Source: Paraphysomonas bandaiensis
Lineage: Eukaryota > Protista > Chrysophyceae
DNA: 64,000 nt
Assembly (NCBI GenBank): GCA_965644295.1
Contig: CBFFRP010000078.1
Location: 62,001-126,000, forward strand
Direction: 5' to 3'
Made by a program: the position numbers and the translations under genes. Under the pieces are notes generated by a model. It was not told the origin of the DNA, did not search any database, and saw only the letters and a list, made by a program, of their open reading frames with translations. Numbering within the stretch: the first letter of the stretch is position 1; each line of letters begins with the position of its first letter. This document shows, in pieces, positions 24,564-37,300 of this stretch.

Positions 24564-26358
24564 ATGTATTTGTATCTCGTGTTTTTCACTTATTGTCTGA
24601 TCGCTGCGAGCATTGTGTTCGTAATGTTTTGTGCCGACACAGACAGTAAGGGTGTGCTAGGCGGTAAGTGTATCGACGTATATTCTCGTGGTTACTGTAA
24701 GTCATGAATTTGCGCAGATGTCAGTCGTGTACTCATTAATAAACTTCCGAATATGATTAGAGTTTCGTTAAAAGCACTGTGTGGCGAGAGATGTCTCAGC
24801 TTTGTGGACGGGACTTATGACTACATTGTCAACAAGCCAAACCCGCTGCTTCAGGTTTTATGACCATGTGAATGTAAAGTTCTAACCCATCATTTGTAGA
24901 TCCTTTATTTGTCTATTATTAATGTCGCATATATATTTTGGCTGCTCCATGGGCAACCTCTAATTCCAACATATCTAGTCGCAAATTATCATGTGTACAT
25001 TGTATTTTGCGGAATCGTTGTATGCCAAGGATTTTTTTTCTGGGCATGCTATGCAAACCCTGGAGTTATAACTGCTGAAACAGAAGCGCTGCACGACTGT
25101 CTTCCATACGACGGTACAGTTTATGTGGATGGCTTACACTGCAGAACTTGTGAAACGAAGAAAGTATGCTGAAATTTGCTCCCTGTCGCATTTTATAAGT
25201 ATCCATTTAGGTGCCGAGATCGAAACACTGCTCTCTCTGCAACTGCTGTATAGCTAGATTTGATCATCACTGTGTGTGGTTGAACCAGTGCGTTGGCGAG
25301 GGTAACTATAGGCATTTCCTTGCTTTTCTGGCTGTGCACGTTGTATTTCTCTGGTACGCCTCGTACATATCCGGCGCTGTAATGATAAGTAAAGTAAGAG
25401 ATCGGTAGTGACTAGTATCATGATTTGATTATTATCCAGGCTTTTGAAAAAGATCTTTTTAATGCCACCTTTGTTAACCGACGGACTGGAAAGGTACTTA
25501 CGTGTATTCGCCACATTATTGTTTCGTGATCTTTATCCTACAGATTTCGAAGGCAACGACTGGAATAATCCTGAAATATATCCTTTTCAGTAACTACACT
25601 GTAACTATAGTCTTTGCTCTCGTTAGTGTTATGGGCGCAGCACTCACGTAGGGTGATGTCTGCCGTCAATGTTCTCGTCTCTAACTGATTTATGGTAGGG
25701 GTTTCCTTGGATATCACCTGTATCTGATTTCCCAGGGAACTACTACCAACGAAACATTTAAGTGGAGTGAGTACAAGTAATGTACTATATGGAATAATGT
25801 TACTTGGTATGCAGAGGAGGCGCACAGTATCTATAAGAGACTAGTGGAGCTGCGGGAAATGTATGAGAAGTCTTTGACTTCATCTCCCAGTAGTACTATG
25901 GATAGTTCCAGGGATAAATCCTCAGATCCTTCAGACAATACAGCAGAAGAAACATCCTCTTCTAGCGAAAACGTGGAGGTGATGTATATGGTAAGCACTA
26001 AGTGTTGTTGTTCCACAGGTCATGATGTTATGGCATTTAGACGCCAACAGGGATGGCACTACGTGGGCTCCTCCGGCTTGACACAAATGACGTCCCAGAC
26101 CCTGGTGAGCCCCCGGTCAATATATACAACAAAGGGTTTTTGACAAACTTAAGGTCTAGTTATAAAGTTATCCTGAACTGTTCTGATTATGTATTTCTCT
26201 GAAGTGATGTAATATGGCCACTGTCAAGTCGCCCGGAAAATATAGATCGATGCACTCGTACGGTCAGTGATAATCAGCCATTGACTGAAGGTGTTGGAAA
26301 GAATGAAAGGACAAGTAGTCAGGCAGGCAAAAAGAAGTCGAAACAAAAGAAGCGTTAG
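24564..26358 (+). CDS. DHHC palmitoyltransferase (Swf1/ZDHHC4-like), multi-exon
   Basis: CRTCETKK|[44 protein letters not shown] and NIYNKGF motifs, several TM segments. Confidence 0.9.
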
Positions 26359-27187
26359 CTTGAATTTACTAAAATATGATCTTTTACGTAAAGCGTATTC
26401 ATCATTTTGTGCTTACCTAGCAATAGCCTACTCTCAGTTGCAAACTGCCAACTACTGAGCACCACCTCATATCATGCACACAACATTCGCGACAATTGCA
26501 CTAGCAGGGGTTATGAGTGATGTACATAAATGTGATGATGCCAGCGACAACAAGAAGTCGTATGCGACTACAATGCAACTAAAAACAATCCTAATGTTAA
26601 TAAGAGAATACCTATTCCCCCTTGTAGATTGCAGCAAGCAAGTTACAATGAGCTACACATTCTAGACATCAGATTTCTAACATCGCGAATATGAGCTACA
26701 ATTTAACCTAGAGATAAGGACTATCATCCCTTGTCCAAATTTTAAAACTGGGGCTTTTCGCCCTTGTGTTTATTTTTTAGGCGTCAATGATATAGCCTCT
26801 TTAGTCTTTAGTACTTGTGGTTACATAAAATATATAACTCTATTGACTAAGCTACACATCTATCCCTCTAATGTGAAATAGAGCTGCATGGTTGCTTATT
26901 GCTTATGATCATCGATTGTATTATATATTATATCATTACCGTATGGTATGCAGTGTAAAAAATGCCTCACCTTCCTCAGCCCTGCTGTAAAGTACCCTTT
27001 CATTGATAGTACCGTTGCGGTTCAGGTGGCAACTAAGTCATCAACATGACAAATTACTTATTCTAATAACATGAACAGTATTAAAAATTATAATGCACTG
27101 TATATTCCCCCCTGCAATAGATATACAGCTCTTTCATATATTACTCTAAATGATTATGCACTATTCCGGAAATACTTCGCATTAGCA

Positions 27188-27727
27188 TCAGCGAATATAA
27201 TCTCGCTTACCGCCCGTCTTAGATACCAGGTGTACATCAGTAATTCTGATATCATGTGACACCGCTTTGCACATGTCATATACACATAGTGCTGCATTTG
27301 TTGCACCAACAAACGCTTCCATTTCAACACCAGTCTTAGCTTCTGTTACGGCTATACAGTCTATTCGTAGAGTGTTTTTTCGTTCACAATCGAAATCAAT
27401 TTTGATTTTACAACTATCCATCGCAACGTGATGACAGAAAGGAATTAAATCCGACGTCTTCTTTGCAGCTGTAACACCAGCAATAATGGCTGTCGAAATT
27501 ACAGGTCCCTTTTTGGATACTAACCTATTAACATCGCATTGAAATTCTTGCAAAACTGTGTCAGGTAATTCCACGAAGCACCTGGCATGTGCCCTTCGAG
27601 ATGTTACTAACTTCCCACTTACGTCCACCATTGTGGGGTTGTTAGAGGCATCCACATGAGTGAGGCACATATGCCGATAAACGTAGCTGTATGGTGGACG
27701 AGGTAATTTCTTGAGACTCACTAGCAT
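27188..27727 (-). CDS. moaC: Cyclic pyranopterin monophosphate synthase (MoaC/CNX3/MOCS1B) with N-terminal presequence
   Basis: LTHVD..MVDVSGK, KKTSDLIPFCH, TGVEMEA, YDMCKAV, KTGGK. Confidence 0.95.
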   Translation of the reverse strand: MLVSLKKLPRPPYSYVYRHMCLTHVDASNNPTMVDVSGKLVTSRRAHARCFVELPDTVLQEFQCDVNRLVSKKGPVISTAIIAGVTAAKKTSDLIPFCHHVAMDSCKIKIDFDCERKNTLRIDCIAVTEAKTGVEMEAFVGATNAALCVYDMCKAVSHDIRITDVHLVSKTGGKRDYIR

Positions 27728-27798
27728 TATCCAATACGAAATGGATCTTAAATCATATCATTTCAACCGGTTCTATCCACTCACATTCTGTTGTTATT

Positions 27799-28215
27799 AG
27801 GGCGTGTCTAAAACTTTTTGGGTAGGAAAGGTAAAAGGGTAAAAGGGTAAAAAGGTAAAAAAACGGCATTACCCATCGTACCTTTTGTGTTTTTCTTGCT
27901 AAAACTTTTTGGGTAAAGGTAATGGGGAAAAATTTTACCCATTTACCCTAAAAAAAATCATGATGTGGATGGGTAATCGGGTGTTTACCCAAAGCTTCCA
28001 AAAGGTAAAAAGGTAAAAAATGATGAGTGACGATGTGTGGAGTAACATATTTCTGAGGAATACGGTACATGGAATACCACCATATATGGGATTTACCCCT
28101 CTTCCATTTACCTTTCAAGTTTTAGCAGCACCTCTTTTTGGGTAATTAGGAAAAAAACGCTACATTACCTTTTTTCCTTTTTACCTTTTTACCCAAGAAG
28201 TTTTAGACACAACCT
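27799..28215. mobile_element. MITE-like element with GGTAAAA(A/G)G subterminal repeats
   Basis: Inverted ends AGGGCGTGTCTAAAACTT and AAGTTTTAGACACAACCT; GGTAAAA and TTTTACC repeats in mirror arrangement. Confidence 0.7.
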
Positions 28216-28502
28216 TTTTTATATCTATGGAGCGATGTGTGTGCAGTAGATACTGGCCCTCACAACTCCAACTCCATGCATATACAGCACAGTATGAAGA
28301 CTACAGCATCTGACATACACCAACGTATGTTGAGGAATACAGCTGTATATACACAACATCTTCACAAACTGAAATTAGACTCTTCAAGATTCAGTAGTTT
28401 TTAGTGGAAAAATAGGCTTGTGGTTTTGTCATCATATAGCGTGAGTTCCTGTCGCTCTATATTCAGCAATTGGATTCACTTATTATCAAATAAACCTCCA
28501 AG

Positions 28503-29018
28503 ATGACCAAGGTTACTCCTCTAGTGAAGGCCAAGATTGTCAAGAAGCGCACAAAGAAATTTGAGCGCCACCAGCACCAACAGTTTTGGCGTATTGGTAG
28601 ATCTTCATGGAGAAAGCAGAAGGGTATTGATTCTCGCGTCAGAAGACGTTTCAAGGGAACTATCCCCCAGCCCTCCATCGGATACGGTAGATTAGTTGTA
28701 GAAAATATTATGCAGCTAATCAGTTTTGACCAGGTTCTGACAAGAACACCAGAAATATTCTCCCCAATGGATTTCTTAAGTTCGTCGTCCACAACCCCAA
28801 AGAGCTCGAGATGCTCATGATGCACAACAGGTGCAACAGCTGTTGTTTGATTTGTATATTCTTTACTAATATTTAATTATATTTGCAGAAAGTACTGTGC
28901 TGAGATCGCTCACAGTGTTTCCTCCAAGACCAGAAAGACCATTGTTGAGAGAGCCAACCAGCTTAACATTAAGGTGACCAACGCCGGTGCCAAGCTCCGC
29001 ACCGAAGAGAGTGCTTAA
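28503..29018 (+). CDS. RPL32: 60S ribosomal protein L32 (eL32), three exons
   Basis: [37 protein letters not shown]|[26 protein letters not shown]. Confidence 0.97.
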
Positions 29019-30959
29019 ATATGCTGAATATCTTGTAATAATGGAGGTTTATTTATATTCGAGCTAAAACTGGCAATTTTGTAGTGATATGTGGTTCACA
29101 ATATTCTGATATAACATCGATGGTGTGCTTGCTGGCTACGCGCTGTCAGTACAAGTTCCTTAGAGGGCCTTATCACTCATGTAGATAACATGGGCATGTT
29201 TGTTTGTCGTTTAGAATGTTGATTCCACTAAGCGAAACCATACCGCTGGCATGTACGCATGCCGCTTCAGTAGAACTAGGTCTAGGCACTGCTTGCTGCT
29301 TAACTCTCTGTTGGCAGTCGAATATTGTAGTTGGTGTGACTGTCTCATTATACTTGCTTAGTCTTGTACACTACGTGGATAACATATATACATATATATA
29401 TGCTTCTATTCTTTTAAGTAATCAAATTCAGCTATAGTACAACATACAAACCACTTCCGCTTGTCGCTCATATGTTTTATGTTATACGATACTTCGTTTT
29501 TCGTTTGCAACTACACGGTAACAACATACACCTACACTATACAATAAATAAATACGTGTTCACATCATATTGGTAAAATACATTGAAATACTAAACCACT
29601 ATTACACCTACTTTATTATGATATGGGTTCAGATCCAGCATTAAGGTGGTGATCAGAAGTCAGAACTAATGTCATGTGTACCCATGTACTCATCTTGTAT
29701 AAGGAAAGTGTCCTGCATATGTGGTAACATTCTTTCATTAAGAAGAGCCGAGTTGAACAACTCGCACAACACTGAAAATTACTTTACTCTTCATCTAGTT
29801 AATATTTCGCTCGTGTACGGACAAATGGTGAAGTATACAACAGAATCATGTCCTGTCCGATTTAATGTCCTAATATTAAGAACTTGTGACTTAGGTCTTC
29901 AGTATCTATGGCTCCTCTATTTGTGATTTATCTTTATAGCACTCCTTCAAGGCGGTTGTCACAGTAGCAGTTAGTCTGGAGGACAGATTAGAGTAGTTTT
30001 AGCGCTGTGTCATGAAGTTCATATGTTTAGCTGAAGTGCTATGTCATAAAATTCCTATAATATACCACACAAAACAAATATTTAGTCTTAAGAGCTCCAA
30101 TGCGGCAATAGAGTTAGTCCCCTGCTTTTACATCTCATGCTGTAGAAAATCTTCTAAATATCTACCAGCATAGAGAGAATGGTTGCTTTTTGGTGCTTAC
30201 CGCGAGTTATAAATAGCTGTTGTAATACATGGACATTCAGAACTATCTAGCTTAAATATTACGATACTAATAATTGGACATTACATACACACAGGTGACG
30301 TATCCCACCAGGGGCGTACACTTCTTTAAATCGAGGCGGATGCCAAGTGCAGAACCCGCCCTCGATTAATACTACGTGGATAACGATGGACGGAATGTAA
30401 AATGCATCGTGTTCGTGAATTCACAGCAGTTCCTCCCGCTATCTTTGATATACATGTGTAACATGTGTCCAACTAACCCACTTCACTGGACAATGCGACC
30501 ATAGTACCATATGACCATATTCCAATGCAGCCATGGCCATATACTCTCTGCATATGATATATAGCTAGAGGCTCCGTCCTCATTCCACCCTTTTAGTTGG
30601 AACTCAAGAATACATACGTATGTCACCGTATTAATCGAAGTTTTGTACTTCGCTCTGCTAGACTTGTACAGCACCTATATGGTATACCACCTACAGATAC
30701 AGCAGTATAGAGCAGTACGTGAACATGGAACATGCTGCCTGATACAACCAGAGCATGGTAACTAAATATGTGTGAGTCCGCGGCATGACTAGTAATTCCG
30801 ATAGCCCCCTTATTGCACACAAACTTTCTCCTTCATCACTTGATTTCTATCAGGTGGCTATGAGTGTGTGTACAATTAGCGTATTAATGAGTAACGAAAT
30901 CACTATTATTCATATTAATAGCAGGGAATCATATATATAACTGTAGGAGTATCAGCAAC

Positions 30960-33414
30960 ATGAAAGGAGATACGCTTTCCTCCATTCGAATGACAGTGAA
31001 CTCAATTATGAATGAGAAATGTCCGGTTCAAAATCGTGATAGTGTGATTGCGGGTGTATGTGCAGAGATTGAGAATATTCTCGCTAATTCTCCGCAGAGT
31101 GGAGATGTTATTAATGATGTTATAGAAATTATCCTGATGATGAATAAAATATGTCAAAGCTCAAACAATGGAAGTTTAGACTGCATTATTAATATATGGC
31201 GATTGTACACTCCATGGCCAAAGGCGTACTCCAGTGTCATCAATAAGTCATGTGCTGATATGCTGTTTGCTGCCTTGGATACGTTCGTCACTGAAGGTCT
31301 GTCTACATGCGTTCAGTCTGCTGGTTTCAATGACAAGCAGCTTGGGATGAAATTGCAACTGCTTATGTTTTTCATGCAGCGCTTGTTAGCCACTCTCGTA
31401 CATTTACACCGCCATTTCGGGTCGTCATTTACAGTTACTTGTTACCACCACTTATGTAGTTTTCGAGGCTGTCTATCTATGCATAACTCGGAACACCCTG
31501 ACATTTGCCATTCTTTTGTTCCGAAGTTGTGCGACCTCTACCAGCGATTGTTTCGTTGTGATGCTGCGGATATGATGCAGCGTTACGCTATAATCGCTGA
31601 AAGCATCAAATTGGAACGCCACGAAAGGGGAAAAGCTTCTGCATGCAGGCTATTAGGCCTTATGGAGCTATGCAGCTGGGACTTGTGTCAGTGTTCTCCT
31701 TCAGGGCGAAGTATATCTGTATTTACTTGTTTGGATGGCCTTGTATGTGCTGCAGAATCCCTAACTAGTTTATACTGTGGTACCGCTACCGATCAAAGCA
31801 TTCGAGGTGCCGTATTTCAGTCCGGTAGAGCTCTCAGCGACACTTTATTAGCAATGAATTCTCATGATGCTCGTGATTTACTGGTATTTAGTTTAATGTA
31901 TTTGTACCAGTTGTACTAATTGCGCTGTAGGCGCGTCTCTTTTCTCTCTGCCTGCGCCCTCATTCTGCTACCCTGACTCCGGTGGCGGAAACAGTTCGTG
32001 CTGGCTGGGCGACTTTCCTCTTAATCTCAATGTATGACCACTCTTCTGATTCTATCCGTCGTGAAATCATTGCATGCCTCTGCTCATTACTGCGAAATGC
32101 CTGCAGAAGCAACGTTTCGAGTTTCTCCTCGTCATTCCCACGAAAGGTTCCTAGATCAACTACAATTAGACTCGGTGGTTTAGTGCGCACAGTACTGTTG
32201 GTGGCCGGTGTTCGTAACTACAAAGAAGATTTCAGTGCCCTGCTGAATGAATTGATGGGCCTGGCTACGTCCGCTGAGAGAGTTGGCATGGACATTGCCG
32301 CTGTGGAAGCTGTGCTCAGTCAAGTGGCATCCATATGTGCCTCGACTATTGTCCCTATTGACAAATGTCAGAGGAGCACAGCTACATGGAGTGAAGTAGC
32401 AGCTGAATCCCTTTCTATGACAGAAGATGCTCGCCATTTTGGCATTGGGGTGAGTGTATGCGTCCTTTCATGGGGGGTAGCGACCAACACAGTGGGTGCG
32501 GGACCTCTCGCTGAGAAGGTCGAGTCAATACTCCGTCAGTCTAAGGCTGTACTCATGTGAGTAGTCATTTCTTCTTGGCTTGCGCTTTAACTCAGGTGTT
32601 CAGATATATTCACATGTTATTTCTTTTCGAGAATTCAGGACACAAAAGAGTCAGTCGTGGTAAAAACAATCCGTCTCGTTGCTCACCCAGTCGAATATGT
32701 GAAATATTAGCATGTGTGAATCACATATTCATGTGCATGAGGCGGTGTGGGCGGCAGAAGCAGAGGGATTGTAGCAATCTACAGTCGATGCTGCGTGACA
32801 CATTTTCCTTATCCGTAGATATAGTACACATGATGTTCAAGTGTTTTCAGTCCGAAGATGGTAATATTCAACGGATGACAGTGAAATATCGTGCACTACG
32901 GTGTGCCATCGAGACGTGCTGCCATCTCTTAGCTCTGGCACATTCAATGAACTGCTTTGAGACGGATCCAGAGGTAAGTGTATCCTACATGTTTAACATA
33001 TCACTGATATCGGATGCGTTTACATTTAGGTGCTTACTGTGTTGGTGTCGAGGCTATGCGAAGCTGCGAACCGAATCTCATTTTCTGCAGAGAAGTGCAT
33101 TTCTAATAATCTGGAACATTCCTTTTCTACACTTCATCATATCGTTGTTTTATGGAAACTGCTATGCAATGTGTTGACAGAGTCTGGAGATGGCATGAAA
33201 TTGTGGTCGATGTTACAAGAAAATGGGTCTCATGAGGTGTATTACCGACGTGACAATCGTAGTTTGATTAAATTCTTTCCAGCAGGTTCAAAACCTAATA
33301 GAATCTAGAAGAAAGGTAACGGCTTCTGCCCGAAGCAATGCAAGAAACTTTGATGCACTTTCAGCCGAGGATTCTTGGAAAATTTCTTTAGTAATGTCGA
33401 GAGCTCCTTCTTAG
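30960..33414 (+). CDS. Uncharacterised Cys/Leu-rich, probably helical protein, multi-exon
   Basis: Consecutive long + ORFs separated by ~50-nt GT-AG introns; stop TAG at 33412-33414; no motif recognised. Confidence 0.6.
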
Positions 33415-33685
33415 TGGAGTTAATGCAACTTGTGTATGGCGACGATATGTTTGTTTAAAAAAAATAGCGCCCCAGCCTTCGTTTGTGCTCAAACATGTGA
33501 ATGTAGTTGTAGTATTACGATTAGAAACTACGAATATATGAACCTTTGCCGTGTACTGGGTGACATCGTCATGAACCGTGAATACCAGAATTGTGGTATC
33601 GTAATTTTTGATGTGTCCACTCTCCGTCATAAAAAACTATTTTTAATTAAAAGCTGTATTTACGGTTTTTGAATTTGAATATGTC

Positions 33686-33894
33686 CACATGCGTCCAGTC
33701 TGCTGGTTTCAATGACACGCAGTTTGGGATGAAATTGCAACTGCTTATGTTTTTCATGTAGCGCTTGTTAGCCTCTTGTACATTTACAGTTACTTGTTAC
33801 CACCACTTATGCTGTCTATCTATGCATAACTCGGAACACCCTGACATTTGCTATTCTTTTGCTGCGAAGTTGTGCGACCTCTCCCAGCAATTGA
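33686..33894 (+). pseudogene. Deleted duplicate fragment of exon 1 of the upstream gene (~31305-31550)
   Basis: Direct near-identity with internal deletions and a CAG>TAG stop. Confidence 0.85.
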
Positions 33895-34370
33895 CTGTAT
33901 AAGATCATTTCTATCTAAGATATTATATTATCAATTGGTAGCTGAGTGAATGAATTGGTAGTATAAATGTATAAATTTACTAATTGATTATTGAGTGAGT
34001 TAAACGTTCAGTTCTTTAAGTTTACCCATCTTAAGTCCTAAGAAGGTGAAACCCTGATATATGGCATACTCATTCCTCATTTCTACTGAAGAAGCTTACT
34101 GTTGCCATTTATAGTGGAAAAATTTCAACAGCATGTTTATATCATTTAGTAGTCACAGCCAAAACTTCAAAGCATTAATTCCACAGCAAAACTACTACTA
34201 ATTCTTAAGACATATATTTCATACGGTAGAACGCACTGTATTTCCACCACAGCTACCTATTTAACGATTAAATGGTATACTAGCTACAAAACATTACCAA
34301 TTCACAATATACATATAAGATCTACCTATTCAAAGTCAGGAGCTTCATCATTAAACCCATCCTCCGCATC

Positions 34371-37300
34371 TTAATACTTAACGTCAGACAACATATCATT
34401 ACGAGCCTTTTCAGCAGAAACAATAGATGCAACACCATCTATTATCATCTGAACGATCTCTAACTCTGTCTTGCCAAGGGTTACCTTGTTGCTTAACTCC
34501 CAGCAATCATCTGATCCTTCAACCTTACGAGCCATCAGGCCGTATTGAGTACATAGACGATGCAATTCGGCTTCCTCTCGTCCAAGGGTATCAAGCCTAA
34601 CAACCATACTAGCACGTAAACCAGTACCCACATTGGAAGGACATGTCGTCAAAAAACCGAAGCGCGCACTCGCCGCAAACTCCATTCCGCTTGATAGCAT
34701 ACAGCGTTCAATGCCATTCGTGGCGCCGATCCAGTCCTCAAACACAGATGATATATCACCCCCTTGGTTCTGACATATCACACTGAGATGATCATTTCCA
34801 TTAACCCATACCGCAAACTCGCTTGTCCCATTGCTGAACACCCCACGACCATCCGGCCAATCTCGCCCTACACCTGCACTACCATATGACGAGCTATCTG
34901 CAGGTGGAAAGGGCAGCAGCCCACAGCTCTCTAATCGTTTTCTTTCTTCAACCCCGAGATCATGTAAACTGTTATATACACATGCAAACTCCCCCTTCAT
35001 AGAAGCTAATGCATCTATTAAAGCTGATTCCAGCAACAGACGACCGGAAGAAGATATCGACGGAGGAAACTGGTAGCCCCTCACATTCCTCACTGATCTC
35101 AAATGGGTTGAAACCACGTAGTCATAATCAATAGTTTCCATCCGCTCCAACTCAGAACTATCTTGGTTGGTTACATATACATTATCAGTTTCAGAAAAGT
35201 TGACACCGTGATAACTTTTAACAACTGCATCAAATAGCTCCTTAAATGTATCATAGCTGTCTTCTTCACTTGCAGTTAGTCCAACTTCAGAAGCAGGAAC
35301 ATCAACGCCACACTTAATATGAGACATAATACCCACACCAGTCGCTGTATGGCGGTGTTTCATATCCTCAAACATCTCTTCCGTAAGGTGTTGACACATT
35401 AAAGACATGTGGTCGCTGGTAAAAGTAGGATACTTCAATGCATTCTCTGCAAATTCTTTATTTTGAGATATCACAAAGGCAACACCATCTATTATCATCT
35501 GAACGATCTCTAACTCTGTCTTGCCAAGGGTTACCTTGTTGCTTAACTCCCAGCAATCATCTGATCCTTCAACCTTACGAGCCATCAGGCCGTATTGAGT
35601 ACATAGACGATGCAATTCGGCTTCCTCTCGTCCAAGGGTATCAAGCCTAACAACCATACTAGCACGTAAACCAGTACCCACATTGGAAGGACATGTCGTC
35701 AAAAAACCGAAGCGCGCACTCGCCGCAAACTCCATTCCGCTTGATAGCATACAGCGTTCAATGCCATTCGTGGCGCCGATCCAGTCCTCAAACACAGATG
35801 ATATATCACCCCCTTGGTTCTGACATATCACACTGAGATGATCATTTCCATTAACCCATACCGCAAACTCGCTTGTCCCATTGCTGAACACCCCACGACC
35901 ATCCGGCCAATCTCGCCCTACACCTGCACTACCATATGACGAGCTATCTGCAGGTGGAAAGGGCAGCAGCCCACAGCTCTCTAATCGTTTTCTTTCTTCA
36001 ACCCCGAGATCATGTAAACTGTTATATACACATGCAAACTCCCCCTTCATAGAAGCTAATGCATCTATTAAAGCTGATTCCAGCAACAGACGACCGGAAG
36101 AAGATATCGACGGAGGAAACTGGTAGCCCCTCACATTCCTCACTGATCTCAAATGGGTTGAAACCACGTAGTCATAATCAATAGTTTCCATCCGCTCCAA
36201 CTCAGAACTATCTTGGTTGGTTACATATACATTATCAGTTTCAGAAAAGTTGACACCGTGATAACTTTTAACAACTGCATCAAATAGCTCCTTAAATGTA
36301 TCATAGCTGTCTTCTTCACTTGCAGTTAGTCCAACTTCAGAAGCAGGAACATCAACGCCACACTTAATATGAGACATAATACCCACACCAGTCGCTGTAT
36401 GGCGGTGTTTCATATCCTCAAACATCTCTTCCGTAAGGTGTTGACACATTAAAGACATGTGGTCGCTGGTAAAAGTAGGATACTTCAATGCATTCTCTGC
36501 AAATTCTTTATTTTGAGATATCACAAAGGCAACACCATCTATTATCATCTGAACGATCTCTAACTCTGTCTTGCCAAGGGTTACCTTGTTGCTTAACTCC
36601 CAGCAATCATCTGATCCTTCAACCTTACGAGCCATCAGGCCGTATTGAGTACATAGACGATGCAATTCGGCTTCCTCTCGTCCAAGGGTATCAAGCCTAA
36701 CAACCATACTAGCACGTAAACCAGTACCCACATTGGAAGGACATGTCGTCAAAAAACCGAAGCGCGCACTCGCCGCAAACTCCATTCCGCTTGATAGCAT
36801 ACAGCGTTCAATGCCATTCGTGGCGCCGATCCAGTCCTCAAACACAGATGATATATCACCCCCTTGGTTCTGACATATCACACTGAGATGATCATTTCCA
36901 TTAACCCATACCGCAAACTCGCTTGTCCCATTGCTGAACACCCCACGACCATCCGGCCAATCTCGCCCTACACCTGCACTACCATATGACGAGCTATCTG
37001 CAGGTGGAAAGGGCAGCAGCCCACAGCTCTCTAATCGTTTTCTTTCTTCAACCCCGAGATCATGTAAACTGTTATATACACATGCAAACTCCCCCTTCAT
37101 AGAAGCTAATGCATCTATTAAAGCTGATTCCAGCAACAGACGACCGGAAGAAGATATCGACGGAGGAAACTGGTAGCCCCTCACATTCCTCACTGATCTC
37201 AAATGGGTTGAAACCACGTAGTCATAATCAATAGTTTCCATCCGCTCCAACTCAGAACTATCTTGGTTGGTTACATATACATTATCAGTTTCAGAAAAGT

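Noticed and set aside
27830-28200. GGGTAAAA repeats as an interstitial telomere
   Set aside because: Irregular and arranged in mirror orientation between inverted termini; better explained as MITE subterminal repeats.
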